In this document: piece by piece, positions 11,601 to 22,400 of the stretch
Numbering within the stretch: the first letter of the stretch is position 1
Layout: the number at the start of each line of letters is the position of its first letter
Assembly: GCA_964187785.1 (NCBI GenBank)
Contig: OZ076409.1
Span: 39,124,001-39,188,000, forward strand
Length of the DNA stretch: 64,000 nucleotides
Reading direction: 5' to 3'
DNA from: Amphiscolops sp. MND2022
Taxonomy: Eukaryota
Notes under the pieces: model-generated
Databases searched by the model: none
Told to the model about the DNA's origin: nothing
What the model saw: only the letters and a program-made list of their open reading frames with translations
Position numbers and translations under genes: made by a program

Positions 11601-14600
11601 ATCACAGACGTGAAGAATTAACTTACCTTATCAAAGGTAATTACGACCTTTTGTCTTAATTTAATTACGACTAATTGTCTTAAGACTCGCTGCATCATCT
11701 GTTTTAATATGAAATGCTAGAAAAGCAAAACTTTCGTATATCATTCGTATATCACACAACGTAATCGGAACCATGGTAAATTATGGAGAGAGACACATTT
11801 TAAAAAACTGGATTCTGGCAAAATACGGATTAAACTATTCTAATTGTTGACCTTTTGGAACAAAATCACCTCTCTTGGACGATCGGGTGTTTACTTTTCG
11901 AGAACAGTTTTGCCGATCAGAGTTAAAGTATTAATGAAAAATCGTTTCAGGAATTCTGGAATTCACTGTGAAGAAACAAGCGATAAACAAGATTATTTCG
12001 TTAATTCAGCGAAACTGCATAACCTTTCTGTCTGAATTCAAATACTGATCCAACTGTTGAGCGCCCAGTCTTGCTGCCTGTTTGAAGCGATCTTCACTTA
12101 ACCCTGTGAGCTGGTTATGGAATGTGGACTGCAGACGATCCAGATTTAAACCCAAAAACCTGATAGCTGATTTCAAGGTCCACATTGGCAAGAAGAATAA
12201 AACGCCTGTAGTGCAAAAAATTATGAGTTGTAGCTTGATATGAGTTGTCTCCGTACGGCGCAAGAAGTTGTTACTAAAAGCAGTTTTGTGATATTCATTT
12301 TACATTACACTTAATTAGACTCTTAAACATGATAGTATTTGAAGTAACTTGGAGAAACAGGAGGATAAATACAATGTATTAAAAAGCAAGTGCGTATCTA
12401 TCTAAGCAAATCCAAATTGTATCTGTCATCTCAGTTTTTCTATATACGCATCAGTGTTACATGACATCATAAAAGTGGCAGGTAGTTCACTGTCCATTTC
12501 AGCAGTATGGTTCGTTTAGCCATTTCATGCCACATTCCCCTTCTTCCGGGACCTTCTAAGGGAACCACTGTTGTCGTGTAGTGTCTTTCTTGATTCGTGG
12601 AAATGGAGTGAACGGGAATCGAGCTGGAGTGGTGAAAGTGTAGGTGTCTCCTAAACGTAAAGGTTTTAAAAATATTCTACCCCACCTAGTTTCACTACTC
12701 TTCGTGCTGATTTTATCCTTTCGGATCTACGCGGTTCGGGTTCTGATTTTATTTGATTTTTTTCAAAGTAAGAGTTTTGATCCGCCCTAATTTTACCTGT
12801 TATCCCGTCTCCTGGTTCGGCGATTTCGATTCCAGTGTCGAGCGTTGTTTGGCGGTGTATCGGTGTGCCCTGAACATCCGGTTGTGGTGGAGTATTGGCC
12901 CGTCCGGTGCTACATCCGACTTGTGTTGTGGGTGCCGGTGTCTGTTCCCGCAGTCTTTCAATTTCACGTCCGATCTCGGCTCTGAGGTCTGTCTCTTCCG
13001 GATCTTCTTCTTCTCTATCGGAGTTTGGGTTATCTTCTCCTGAGCTGTGGTCGGCGGTGTTGGACGAATCGTAAACGATTACCCGTTTGTATTTTTTCTT
13101 TGCGGGCATTGTCGGGAAATTGCGGCTGGTGCTCGGTCCTTCCTCGGCATCGTTGTTATTGTTGTCTAATTGTCGGTGTGTTTCGCAGTATCTGTCGCTG
13201 CTGAATTTTCCACATCTTTTGCATCGGGTGATGGCCTTCTTCGGTTCGTCTGGTTTCCTTTGGGTCTGAAATTTTAAAGGTTTAGAGGCAAGTTTTTTGT
13301 GTATTATTCTGCCGTCAGAGGTAGTGACAGTATGGTCGGTTTCTTTTGTTGCCGTTAAAATTTTATCCGTTTTGAAACAACATTTCATTGAATTGGGTCT
13401 GCTTTCTTTTTCTAAAAATTGATAGTTTTTGAATTTCCGGCTTACCGTACGACTTCTTTTTCGAGTATCGTTGAGCACCAGGTAGTCAGCCATTTCCCCT
13501 TCAGCATCGTTGATGGTGACTACTTGTAACTCTGTTGGTTGTGCTGAAATGTAATTAGTTAGTGTATTCTTCCAATTGGATAACAGACATTCAGGTTTAC
13601 CGATTATGTTGATAAGTGCAGTTCTTGGCTTTCTGCCTAAGTGCATTTGAAATGGCGTCATATTTAATCTACTGTGTGGAGTTTGTCTGATTGTTTTGAT
13701 TGCTAATTGGATGCTGTCTTCAAATTTTAATCCATCGGCCATATTCGCTCTAGTTAATGACTTAATTGTCCGTATCGTACGCTCGACTAGACCAGTGCCG
13801 GTATGTAAGTTCGGAGTGCATCTTATTCGTTTTATGTTTTCATCCGCGCAAAATTTTTTAAATTCGCTGCTTTTGAAGCAGCTGCCGTTATCGGTTCTAA
13901 TGCACTGTGGTGTCCCGTTGTTCGTGAAATATTCGGTTAAAAATTTCAAAACGGTCCGAGTATCCGCACTTTTGCATACTTGTGCGGTGGGCCACTTACT
14001 AAAACGGTCTACTGCTACTAAAATGTAAACGTCACCGCGTGATTTTGATTTGATTGGACCGGCGAAATCCAATTGAATCTCTTGATTCGGCTCGGTTAGA
14101 ATTTCTAAATTATTTTTCTCCGTTGACGGAATTTGTGTAATGATGTTCTTACCTGCGGCTCTACAACTCGGGCATGTTTCCGCTTTTTCGTGCACGTCTC
14201 GGTTCAGGCCGGGCCACCAGAAGGCTTCTGCAAGTTGTTCCATTTTGTTTTTGGAGACATGGCCGTGATGCAGCATAGCAATGATTGTCGACCGCATGTT
14301 TTCCGGTATGACTATTCTGTCGTTATAGAATAGCAGTCCGAATCTGGTTGATAGATGTAGGCGGTGGGGGCGGTATGGATAGAATATACTCTCCAATTGT
14401 TGCTGTTCAATTGCGGCAATTGTGTTTAGAATTTTGATATCGCGTGCTGTCTCCTCCACTAATAGAGGCAAGTCCAGTGCAAAATCCTTCTCAGCTTTCT
14501 TCAGTACGTCAGCGGTATTTTCGTTTTGCTCTGGCTCTAGCGTGTTCAGTTTGGCCGTCTGTTTCAGTCTAATGAGATTGACCGTTTCGTGCTTCTTGAA

Positions 14601-17600
14601 CCGTCTCAATGCGTTGGTGGGGCATTTGTCTTGCTTTGTTCGGCTCGTCTGGCTTTCTCCATCGGACTGATTGCTGTTGATCCAGGATTCATTGTTGTTC
14701 TGTTGGAATTCTTGTAGAGGGGTCGTGTTTAATGTTTCGCAATAGTGGAAGAAACGGTTATAAATTTCAATGTTTAATTCCGCAATTCGTTTTCGCCCCG
14801 CTTGATTGGGCCTATATTCTTGAATTCTCTCGCTTTCTTTGCCCTTGCCCACTATTCGTGTTTTGTCCGGTTTTAGGATATGGTTTCTTTCAATCCATAA
14901 ACGTTTCGTTTCTGGTGAGTGGCCCCTCTTTTTAAATATAAAATCCATATCAATTCCGTTGACTTTGTCCATTTTATTGCTTGGCGGCGGTAAAGTTTTG
15001 AATGAGTTTAGAATGCTGCTGTTTGGTAACGGTGAGGCTTTATGCAAATGAGTATTTTGGTTCCGTTCGCGTGTGTTAAAGCCGCGTTGTGATTGGTTGA
15101 ATTTTTCTGTCGTGTCGTTTTGTTCAGTGAATCGTTTTATGCTGCCGCGTTTTTGGTTGAATTCTAATAAGCCGTATATTTGATTAATGACGAACTCTTC
15201 TTCGGCTTCCGCTTCGATTAATCCGTCCGCTTTGTTTTCTAGTTCAGTGGTCTCGGATGGTATAATCGGATGACGGCTCAAATAGTCCGTCAGCGGAATG
15301 TTTTTACCGGCCGTGTATTGGACATTAACATCGAAATGGCTCAACCTATCCAGCCAGCGTGTTAATCGTGCGCTGTATTGTTTATGAGCTCGGTTCTTTT
15401 TTAACAGCGGTTGTAACGCCTGGTGATCTGTTAACAAATTTACTCTTTTTCCGTACACAAAATACCTGAAGTATTCTAAACCCCACAGAGCCCCTAGTAA
15501 TTCTAATTCATTAATTGCGTATTTCTTTTCACAATCAGTTAAAAATCTACTTGCGAATGCTACGGGTCTAAAAATTTCACCTTCTTTCTGCCATAGTGTT
15601 GCGCCCAGTCCGGTGTTGCATGCGTCTGTGGTGATATAGTTTTCCTTCTGTGGATCGAAATGTGCTAGGCATGGAGCCTCTGTAATCTCTTTCTTCAGCT
15701 TTTCAAAGTCTTCATCTATCTCGGGTGTCCACTCCCATTTGGTATCCTTTCTCAAGAGTTTCCTCATTTCATCGGTTTTCTTCGATAGATTGTTGATAAA
15801 CTTTGATAAATGCTGTATTGATCCCAGGAATGATTTCAGTTCTTTCACGTTCTTCGGGGCTTCTAATTTAGTTATTGCTTCCGTTTTGTCCTTGATTGGT
15901 TTGACACCGTTTTGGTTGATATAGTAGCCAAGCCAGGTTAATTCTCTTTTGAATAATTCTGTTTTCTTTTCACTTGCCCGGTAGCCGGCTTCTTGCAGTT
16001 TTGACAAAACTTCTCGCAGTTCTTTTTCGTGATCTTCGATATCACCGTTAGTCACGCATATGATGTCGTCTAGCCAGACCGGTGTTTTGAATTCCAACAC
16101 GGAGTCGATGTGTTCTTGGAATACCGTAGGGATGTCGGATAGGCCGTAGAAACCTTTCTTGAACCGGTAGTGTCCGGTGAATTCTCCCCCAATGATGGAA
16201 AATACGCAATGTCTTGCGGCTTCTTTCGACAATTTCGCTTGTCCGTATGCATAATCCAGATCAATTTTGGACATCCAAATATCCCCATTTCCTTTGGTAA
16301 TTTTTGCGGAAATTTTGCTGATCAATTCTTCCATGTTCGGCATTGCAGCTTTTCTTTTTATGCATGCGTCGTTCAGTTTTCGTGAATCCAAAGCTATTTT
16401 GACAGATTTGTCCTTTTTGATGGTGATGACTGCGGGTGATACAAAGCAATTTTCAGTTGTTCTGTCGGCCTTTTCCAGATGTCCTTTGTCTATTAGTTTT
16501 TCTAACTCTTCACGGACGATTTTCTGGAAATGGATAGGGACTGGCCGTCCCTTTTGCTGGATTGGCTTGGCGTCTTTCTTCAACTGAATGTCGATGGTAA
16601 GGTCTTTGATAGTGTGGTTGTTTTTGAATAGGTCTTCGTATTCGTTGAGGATTCTTTTTCTTCTTTCGTCTTCTGTTACATGACGAATAACATTTGTTTT
16701 CTTGCTGCCTTGTAATCCAATTTCCAATTTATCAAGCCAGTCCAAGCCCAATAATGGTTGAGTATTTTTATTTTCTGTTATTAAGATAGGTAATATCTCT
16801 CTGCTTTTTTCTGTTTTCACTTCAACCATGGCTTCCCCCTTGAATTTTATTGGGTTCTTGTTTACATCCACAAATGTTTTTGTCGTTTTCTTCACTTCGG
16901 TCAAATCAATAATTGGCGGAATAATTGTGACTGGAGAGCCGGTATCGATAATGAATTCTATTGGCTGGCCGTGGACCAATAGGACGGTTTTGTAGAAATC
17001 GACTCGGTTGATACCGTTCACGGATTGAATGTGGTCCACTTCCGGCCATGATTCGGTGTTACTGTCCGATGAAACCGTTTCGGCTATCCGGCTTACGGTC
17101 TTGGATTTGCATACCTTGGCAAAGTGTCCCATCTTTTTACAAATATTGCATTGTGCTCTCCGTGCCGGACAAATATGTTCCATGGACCAGTTTGGCTTTC
17201 CGCAAAAGCGACAGTTTTTGTTCGTTGATTTCTTTTTTTCGTTGAGTTGTGTCCTCCGCTTCCGTGATTGGTTCGTATGTCCGATTAGTTCGGTGCTTGT
17301 TGAGCTACTTGTGGAATCTTTCTTGGCTTTTTTGGTTTTGGATTTTTTATCACCGTACTTTCTGTTGTAATTGTCGAGCTCTATGGTCTCCAATACCAGT
17401 TGTATTTTCAGAGGGCCCTTTATGAATTTGTCCCGGGCTCGTTTGTCTTTAATTGTGGCTGCAAATTTGTACGTGATGATTTCTTCTGCCGTTATGTTCC
17501 CAAATTCACACTTTCTCTCGATGTCCACTAGCCTCTTCCAATATTCATCTAAAGTTTCGTTATCGTCTTGCTTCATGTTGAAAAATTGGGCCCTGCTGTG

Positions 17601-19452
17601 GAAGACGTTTCTTACCGGGAGAAATGTTTTTTTGAATAGTGTCAATAGTTCGGGCAATTTGACATCTTTTATTTCTCGGCCCCATTGTCCTCTCATGATC
17701 TCATGTTTGGCTTTTGGGCCTAAAGCCCAGATAACGTCACCTTTTATATGGTATACCGTGTGGGGGTCCATGTATTCTACTCCTTCATCGGTAATTTCGT
17801 CCAAGTTTCGGTTGTAGGTCAAAAGAATGTATTCTGAAATTTGTTCCCACCACATCTTTGGGTTGGCTTTGGTAAGATCGGTTTCTCTATCAGACAAAAT
17901 GGGAATCTTGTATTTGCTTTTTTCCGCTCTTTCTGACATCGTTTGATTGTTGGTTGTCCGTATTGTCTGTTCCGAAGACATCGGTCTGTCCTCCGTGGAA
18001 TTGAGGTCAGTGTTGTTATTATCCATTGTTTTTCTTTTTGTTCAAGATGCTGACTGCGCCATGAAGTAACTTGGAGAAACAGGAGGATAAATACAATGTA
18101 TTAAAAAGCAAGTGCGTATCTATCTAAGCAAATCCAAATTGTATCTGTCATCTCAGTTTTTCTATATACGCATCAGTGTTACATGACATCATAAAAGTGG
18201 CAGGTAGTTCACTGTCCATTTCAGCAGTATGGTTCGTTTAGCCATTTCATGCCACAGTATTAACATGAAATACGAAAACCGGGGACGATGAATGTCGGCG
18301 CCCTCAAATCTCGAAGAGCCGTAAATTCTTTCGAACTGGCTTAGGGGTGTTTTTCAGTTCCTAAAAATGCCTGTTCCGAAAAAAATGAATCAAACTTTGA
18401 AATTTAACTTTTATTTGGATCAAACTACTTTAAGGAAAACCTCTTTGCAACTTTAGAATGGAACGTTGCACAGTACCGAAAAAAACACAACTGATAACTA
18501 GTCAACTGGCATATTCGACCTAATGCTTACAAACGTTGAAATTAACATTGAAACAAACACCGAACCATTTGATTCGGCATATAGTTTTTTCCCAATAATG
18601 AAATAAAAACGTACAATGTTTCAATAAAATTGTACCATAATAATTTCATGTGATTTGAAAGGGATTGTCTTTTTTATATCAAAAATATGGGGTCGGTTTT
18701 TTCTGTGCATTTCCATGAAATTCTCCGTTTGATTTTCTTGGTTTTGCAATCGAACAATTTGGGCTTTTCCTTGACTTTCATATTTTCGTAATCTTTTCAC
18801 CGCAACCTGAACGCTCACCTGATATAAAAAGCAGGGTAGGTATCCACTTATAAATATTTGGTACTTTGATTATGGTTCTTTCGGATGCAATTGTCTCGTT
18901 TCCATACTTGAAAAAGTTATCCACACTCCTACAATATCTCTCCGAGTAATCCACCCAATTGTCAGTGAAATGGGCTGGCATCCAGCAAGTCAATGGTTCT
19001 CCTTAAAACACATTACAATAATTTCTGTCAACAAAAGACATGAACTATTTTTTCAAGAATCAGTCAATTATTCTGAATTTCACAGACTTTCACCAACTCT
19101 TGACACTTTTTGCTTCAACCATTTTCGAACCAAATTTTTGTTCTTCCAAGACATTCTTACGAATGATATTCACATAAAAATTATTTGTTTGTAAAAAATC
19201 AAATAAGATCGCATCTAACTGCAAAAAATTAGAAACTAATATTCGAACTTTCCTTCCTGTTAATCTTCTAAAGAATATGACAACAAAAGTTGAAACAAAT
19301 GGGACTAAAAAAGCTAACTCACCAAAAAAATGAATAAGTGTCGAAATTAATGCACTGATGATGAAAAAGTAAGGCGTGAAAACATAGTTTAATCTGTCAA
19401 CCCAGTCCCCGAAACAGGAGCTGTAAGAATTAGAAATTTTACGTCGGATCAT
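8665..19452 (-). CDS. Innexin (gap-junction/pannexin family) paralog 1, 6 exons, about 448 aa
   Basis: Exons 19452-19323, 19001-18819, 12205-12024, 11560-11305, 10836-10498, 8921-8665. All introns are GT-AG and phases join into one frame (1347 nt). Innexin motifs: DWVDRLNYVFT, GEPLTCWMPAHFTDNWVDYSERYC, IYKWIP, C...G...QC.LN...RKLFLFLWFW, YLKCDGRLLL. Confidence 0.9.
9108..9494 (-). mobile_element. tRNA-derived SINE-like element, copy 1 (innexin-1 intron 5)
   Basis: Minus strand begins GGAGAGCATAGTGTAGTGGTTAGAGC (Pol III A box) and has GGTTCGAATC (B box, 9442-9433). The ~300-bp body is shared with 50859-51241 and ends in a CTT-rich tail. Confidence 0.75.
12340..12534 (-). repeat. 3' LTR of element 1
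   Basis: Direct repeat of 18062-18256, adjacent to the PPT. Confidence 0.97.
12666..18026 (-). CDS. gag-pol: Single-ORF Gag-Pol polyprotein, 1786 aa (Gag Zn knuckles, PR, RT, RNase H, IN)
   Basis: Knuckles CRFCG...H.C and CNICKKMGHFAKVC; protease IDTGS; RT KIDLDYAY and WLDD; RNase H TDAC/NELE/TDH; integrase HHGH..CPSC, QLDF, RTDNG, VERT. Domain order is Gypsy-type. Confidence 0.97.
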   Translation of the reverse strand: MDNNNTDLNSTEDRPMSSEQTIRTTNNQTMSERAEKSKYKIPILSDRETDLTKANPKMWWEQISEYILLTYNRNLDEITDEGVEYMDPHTVYHIKGDVIWALGPKAKHEIMRGQWGREIKDVKLPELLTLFKKTFLPVRNVFHSRAQFFNMKQDDNETLDEYWKRLVDIERKCEFGNITAEEIITYKFAATIKDKRARDKFIKGPLKIQLVLETIELDNYNRKYGDKKSKTKKAKKDSTSSSTSTELIGHTNQSRKRRTQLNEKKKSTNKNCRFCGKPNWSMEHICPARRAQCNICKKMGHFAKVCKSKTVSRIAETVSSDSNTESWPEVDHIQSVNGINRVDFYKTVLLVHGQPIEFIIDTGSPVTIIPPIIDLTEVKKTTKTFVDVNKNPIKFKGEAMVEVKTEKSREILPILITENKNTQPLLGLDWLDKLEIGLQGSKKTNVIRHVTEDERRKRILNEYEDLFKNNHTIKDLTIDIQLKKDAKPIQQKGRPVPIHFQKIVREELEKLIDKGHLEKADRTTENCFVSPAVITIKKDKSVKIALDSRKLNDACIKRKAAMPNMEELISKISAKITKGNGDIWMSKIDLDYAYGQAKLSKEAARHCVFSIIGGEFTGHYRFKKGFYGLSDIPTVFQEHIDSVLEFKTPVWLDDIICVTNGDIEDHEKELREVLSKLQEAGYRASEKKTELFKRELTWLGYYINQNGVKPIKDKTEAITKLEAPKNVKELKSFLGSIQHLSKFINNLSKKTDEMRKLLRKDTKWEWTPEIDEDFEKLKKEITEAPCLAHFDPQKENYITTDACNTGLGATLWQKEGEIFRPVAFASRFLTDCEKKYAINELELLGALWGLEYFRYFVYGKRVNLLTDHQALQPLLKKNRAHKQYSARLTRWLDRLSHFDVNVQYTAGKNIPLTDYLSRHPIIPSETTELENKADGLIEAEAEEEFVINQIYGLLEFNQKRGSIKRFTEQNDTTEKFNQSQRGFNTRERNQNTHLHKASPLPNSSILNSFKTLPPPSNKMDKVNGIDMDFIFKKRGHSPETKRLWIERNHILKPDKTRIVGKGKESERIQEYRPNQAGRKRIAELNIEIYNRFFHYCETLNTTPLQEFQQNNNESWINSNQSDGESQTSRTKQDKCPTNALRRFKKHETVNLIRLKQTAKLNTLEPEQNENTADVLKKAEKDFALDLPLLVEETARDIKILNTIAAIEQQQLESIFYPYRPHRLHLSTRFGLLFYNDRIVIPENMRSTIIAMLHHGHVSKNKMEQLAEAFWWPGLNRDVHEKAETCPSCRAAGKNIITQIPSTEKNNLEILTEPNQEIQLDFAGPIKSKSRGDVYILVAVDRFSKWPTAQVCKSADTRTVLKFLTEYFTNNGTPQCIRTDNGSCFKSSEFKKFCADENIKRIRCTPNLHTGTGLVERTIRTIKSLTRANMADGLKFEDSIQLAIKTIRQTPHSRLNMTPFQMHLGRKPRTALINIIGKPECLLSNWKNTLTNYISAQPTELQVVTINDAEGEMADYLVLNDTRKRSRTVSRKFKNYQFLEKESRPNSMKCCFKTDKILTATKETDHTVTTSDGRIIHKKLASKPLKFQTQRKPDEPKKAITRCKRCGKFSSDRYCETHRQLDNNNNDAEEGPSTSRNFPTMPAKKKYKRVIVYDSSNTADHSSGEDNPNSDREEEDPEETDLRAEIGREIERLREQTPAPTTQVGCSTGRANTPPQPDVQGTPIHRQTTLDTGIEIAEPGDGITGKIRADQNSYFEKNQIKSEPEPRRSERIKSARRVVKLGGVEYF
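18062..18256 (-). repeat. 5' LTR of element 1
   Basis: Direct repeat of 12340-12534, adjacent to the PBS. Confidence 0.97.
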
Positions 19453-22400
19453 CCTCGCACGAACGCTTCTAGTCTACAAGTGTTTTCAGTACCCTATGTT
19501 AAACAATCAAGGAAAATGGTGCATGTCTATTTATCATTCACCTAACCATGAAGTCCATCATTTAAAATTGCAGCAGATTACAGGAAAAGTTGCTCCTATT
19601 GAAGTTTGAGAGAGCAAACTTAGTTGAAGACAAGTTTAAACAGATAAAAGGAGTGTAATTTAAGTTATCAGAGAATCAAATGTAAGACAAGATGAATTTG
19701 AATTTGTTCTATGGGACCGCAAGAAAACTTAGTTCCACAAAAGTGGCTCCGCCCATTCTGACACTCCAGGACAATTCACAGATGGTCACCGGAGGCAACA
19801 AATTTATATCATTTGAGAAAATCAACTTTCAATCTATCTCCATCATTTTCAGCGGCGATGGGCCACCGGTTGCGACATGCAGAAGTACCATCGTTTGAAG
19901 GTATTTTCATGTGCCAAGCAGGCTCCTCTTTTTAGAGCTCTGAAGCCAAGTGTAGACACACCCCACGTTCGGACACAAGCAAAAACCACTACAATTTTCC
20001 GTTTCTTCCGTCTTCAAATTTTTAGTCACAGCTTTATAAAATGAAGCGCGACTAATATAGTAACTTTTTGTCGTATTTTTTCTTTTTTTTTCGATTCCGT
20101 CGAAATTACCATTTCTGTCCGAATGCCAATTTCCAAAATTCTACAAATTGGAACTGTTTTTTTGGAACTGTGTGATTTTTTCAGAAACGATTTCAATTTT
20201 CCAAAAGGGTTGTCTTTTTGTGGAATTTTTTGTGTTTTCGGCAATTACAGAAAAATCCCTATATTTTTATGCGTAAAACAATTCGGCCGCTAATACACCG
20301 TGTGCTCATGTTAGATATATTGAAGTCCGATGAAAGAGCTGATTCTCGAATGAAGCGCTATTGCTTATTTGTCAAAATTTGTATTTATTAAGTCGACGAT
20401 ACTTTTGACCACCTCGGTAATGAGTAAACGAGTTACGTCAGCGATGAAATTGTTCGAATCGGCTAAGTCAGAGTTGATCTCCTAAACCGAATTTTACTAA
20501 GTCCCGCTCACGAGCGAAAATATTCTAAGACTAGTTGCTGGTAAAAAACATAAATTGGTCAATTTTATACCCCCCAAACAGTTTTCTTCAAAACTATACA
20601 TCGTAGAGACCTGAAAGTTGACACATGTATTTCTGAACTGTTATTCTACACGTCTACGGAAACGGAACCAAGCCAGGACCCCCAGCCCCGGCCTATTCGC
20701 ACCGGAAGTAACCTAGGTCGACCGTCCTATGAACTCGTCGGCGAAGCACAGAATAAGTCATATCACATATGGAATTGATAGCCCATAAGAAAATAGGCCG
20801 TTTGCGTATATTTTCGAAGCCCTACAGTGAGTGTAGGAGTAGTACGGACCCTGTGTAAACAAACCCTGAACGTTATGGTAACAGCCACCAGTTGACCCGA
20901 AGATCATGAAACTTGCCTAAGATGTTCACCTAGCAACACTAAAAAATATACATGAAAGATACATTAATCGGTCCACCACGCGCTGAGTAACGTTTGTTCA
21001 AGGCACGCGGGACCAGACGCGCGGGCCCGATTGATAAATGACATTTAACCTTGGCTTGTAATATCTCAAACGAACCGGAATAACGAGTGTAGTCCATTAC
21101 TAACAAGAATGGGACCGTATTTGTAACCCGCGATGGATATCCGCCCTAAGTAAACAAAACATACGCATATCTTGTAACTCAAAGACCGTTGACCCTAGGA
21201 TTGTATAACTTGGCATATGGTAACTTTGGATCAGGACAAATAACTTCAAGGTCACCTCAGGAGGCAAGCCTTGAATATATGGAAAACGTATCTTAAAACA
21301 TGTAAAACTGTGTCGTTTCGAGATAATTCATGGATTTCAGTCAGGCGAGAAGATTTGCCTTGTATCACACTAGGAACGATAAGAAAAGTACCTCGGACGC
21401 GTAGAGAACATGCAAACCATCTATTTGAAGGTCATTGAACAACTCTCCTGATATTAGAAAAATATTGGGTGACTTAAAGTATTATTGAAAAAAGAACTTT
21501 GTACAACCATGTTGATTTATTTGTCGTTGGCGGCAAAGAATGTTTGGCAAAGTATAATTAGAAGCGCTCGCTATACCGTTAAAGGAATATATAAATATGA
21601 AGGTGAAAGCAGTGAAAGTGTGACCACCCAGAACGCGTGCGACGAAAAAATAATATTTGAGGCGGATTTGGAATATACTTGAATAGACACAACGGAGTTC
21701 GAAAGCTAGAATTCAGTTGAGCCTCGAGATGGGGGCAAGGGATTCGAACAAGCTGAAGTAACTGCTCATCGTTAACTCCGGGAGTCAGTGACAGAAATTG
21801 TACAAGTCCGGGGTTTTACAATTGTTTGATTGAGTTGGCTGGATCGTGAAATATATTCGCTGAGTAGTCAATTGGAAGATTGTCCTTATCGTGTTCTGTG
21901 ATTTTATATTGATTTCCCAACTCGATAATTCTAGCACACAGTCTCATTGCGAATATAGAGCCCATAGAGCAATTTGGAGAGAAACCAGTGTCAAGTTAGT
22001 CCTATGAGCAGAAGCAAGAACTCACCATATAGAAACCTTTTCTGATAGAGTAAGATCCTTGGGATGACTCCAGCCCTTGCTATCCAAATTTACTACAGTT
22101 TTGGTCCTTTGAGTTTTTCATATTTTGTGATACGAAAGGCGTTTCAAGCCTAAAGGGTTTAAATATTTGGGGTTTTTTAGCTCAAAATATAGAAGTTTTT
22201 ATTTTCCGTCCATTTCATATGGAAAAAAAATATTTGAATCTAACGAGTTCTTGTTACAAACTTTGCCTTGCACCAAATTTATATCCAAGGTAAAGGGTTT
22301 CACACATAGAATTCAACTGACGTAAAACTAGTATCATGCAGTATGTGTTTGTGGAGATTTTTGGAAATTTTTGGCTTTTGGTAAAAAAAGGTTCAAATAG

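Larger units (their letters stand above)
12340..18256 (-). mobile_element. Intact Ty3/Gypsy LTR retrotransposon (element 1; Mag-like architecture)
   Basis: 195-bp TG...CA LTRs at 12340-12534 and 18062-18256 appear identical. TSD GTATT at 12335-12339 and 18257-18261. PBS TGGCGCAGTCAGCA (18061-18048, matches a tRNA-Ser type 3' end). PPT GGAAGAAGGGGAA (12547-12535). Confidence 0.97.

Noticed and set aside
20280..22080. Higher-complexity block upstream of innexin-1, possibly an interspersed repeat
   Set aside because: Single copy in the window; no clear termini, TSD or ORF.
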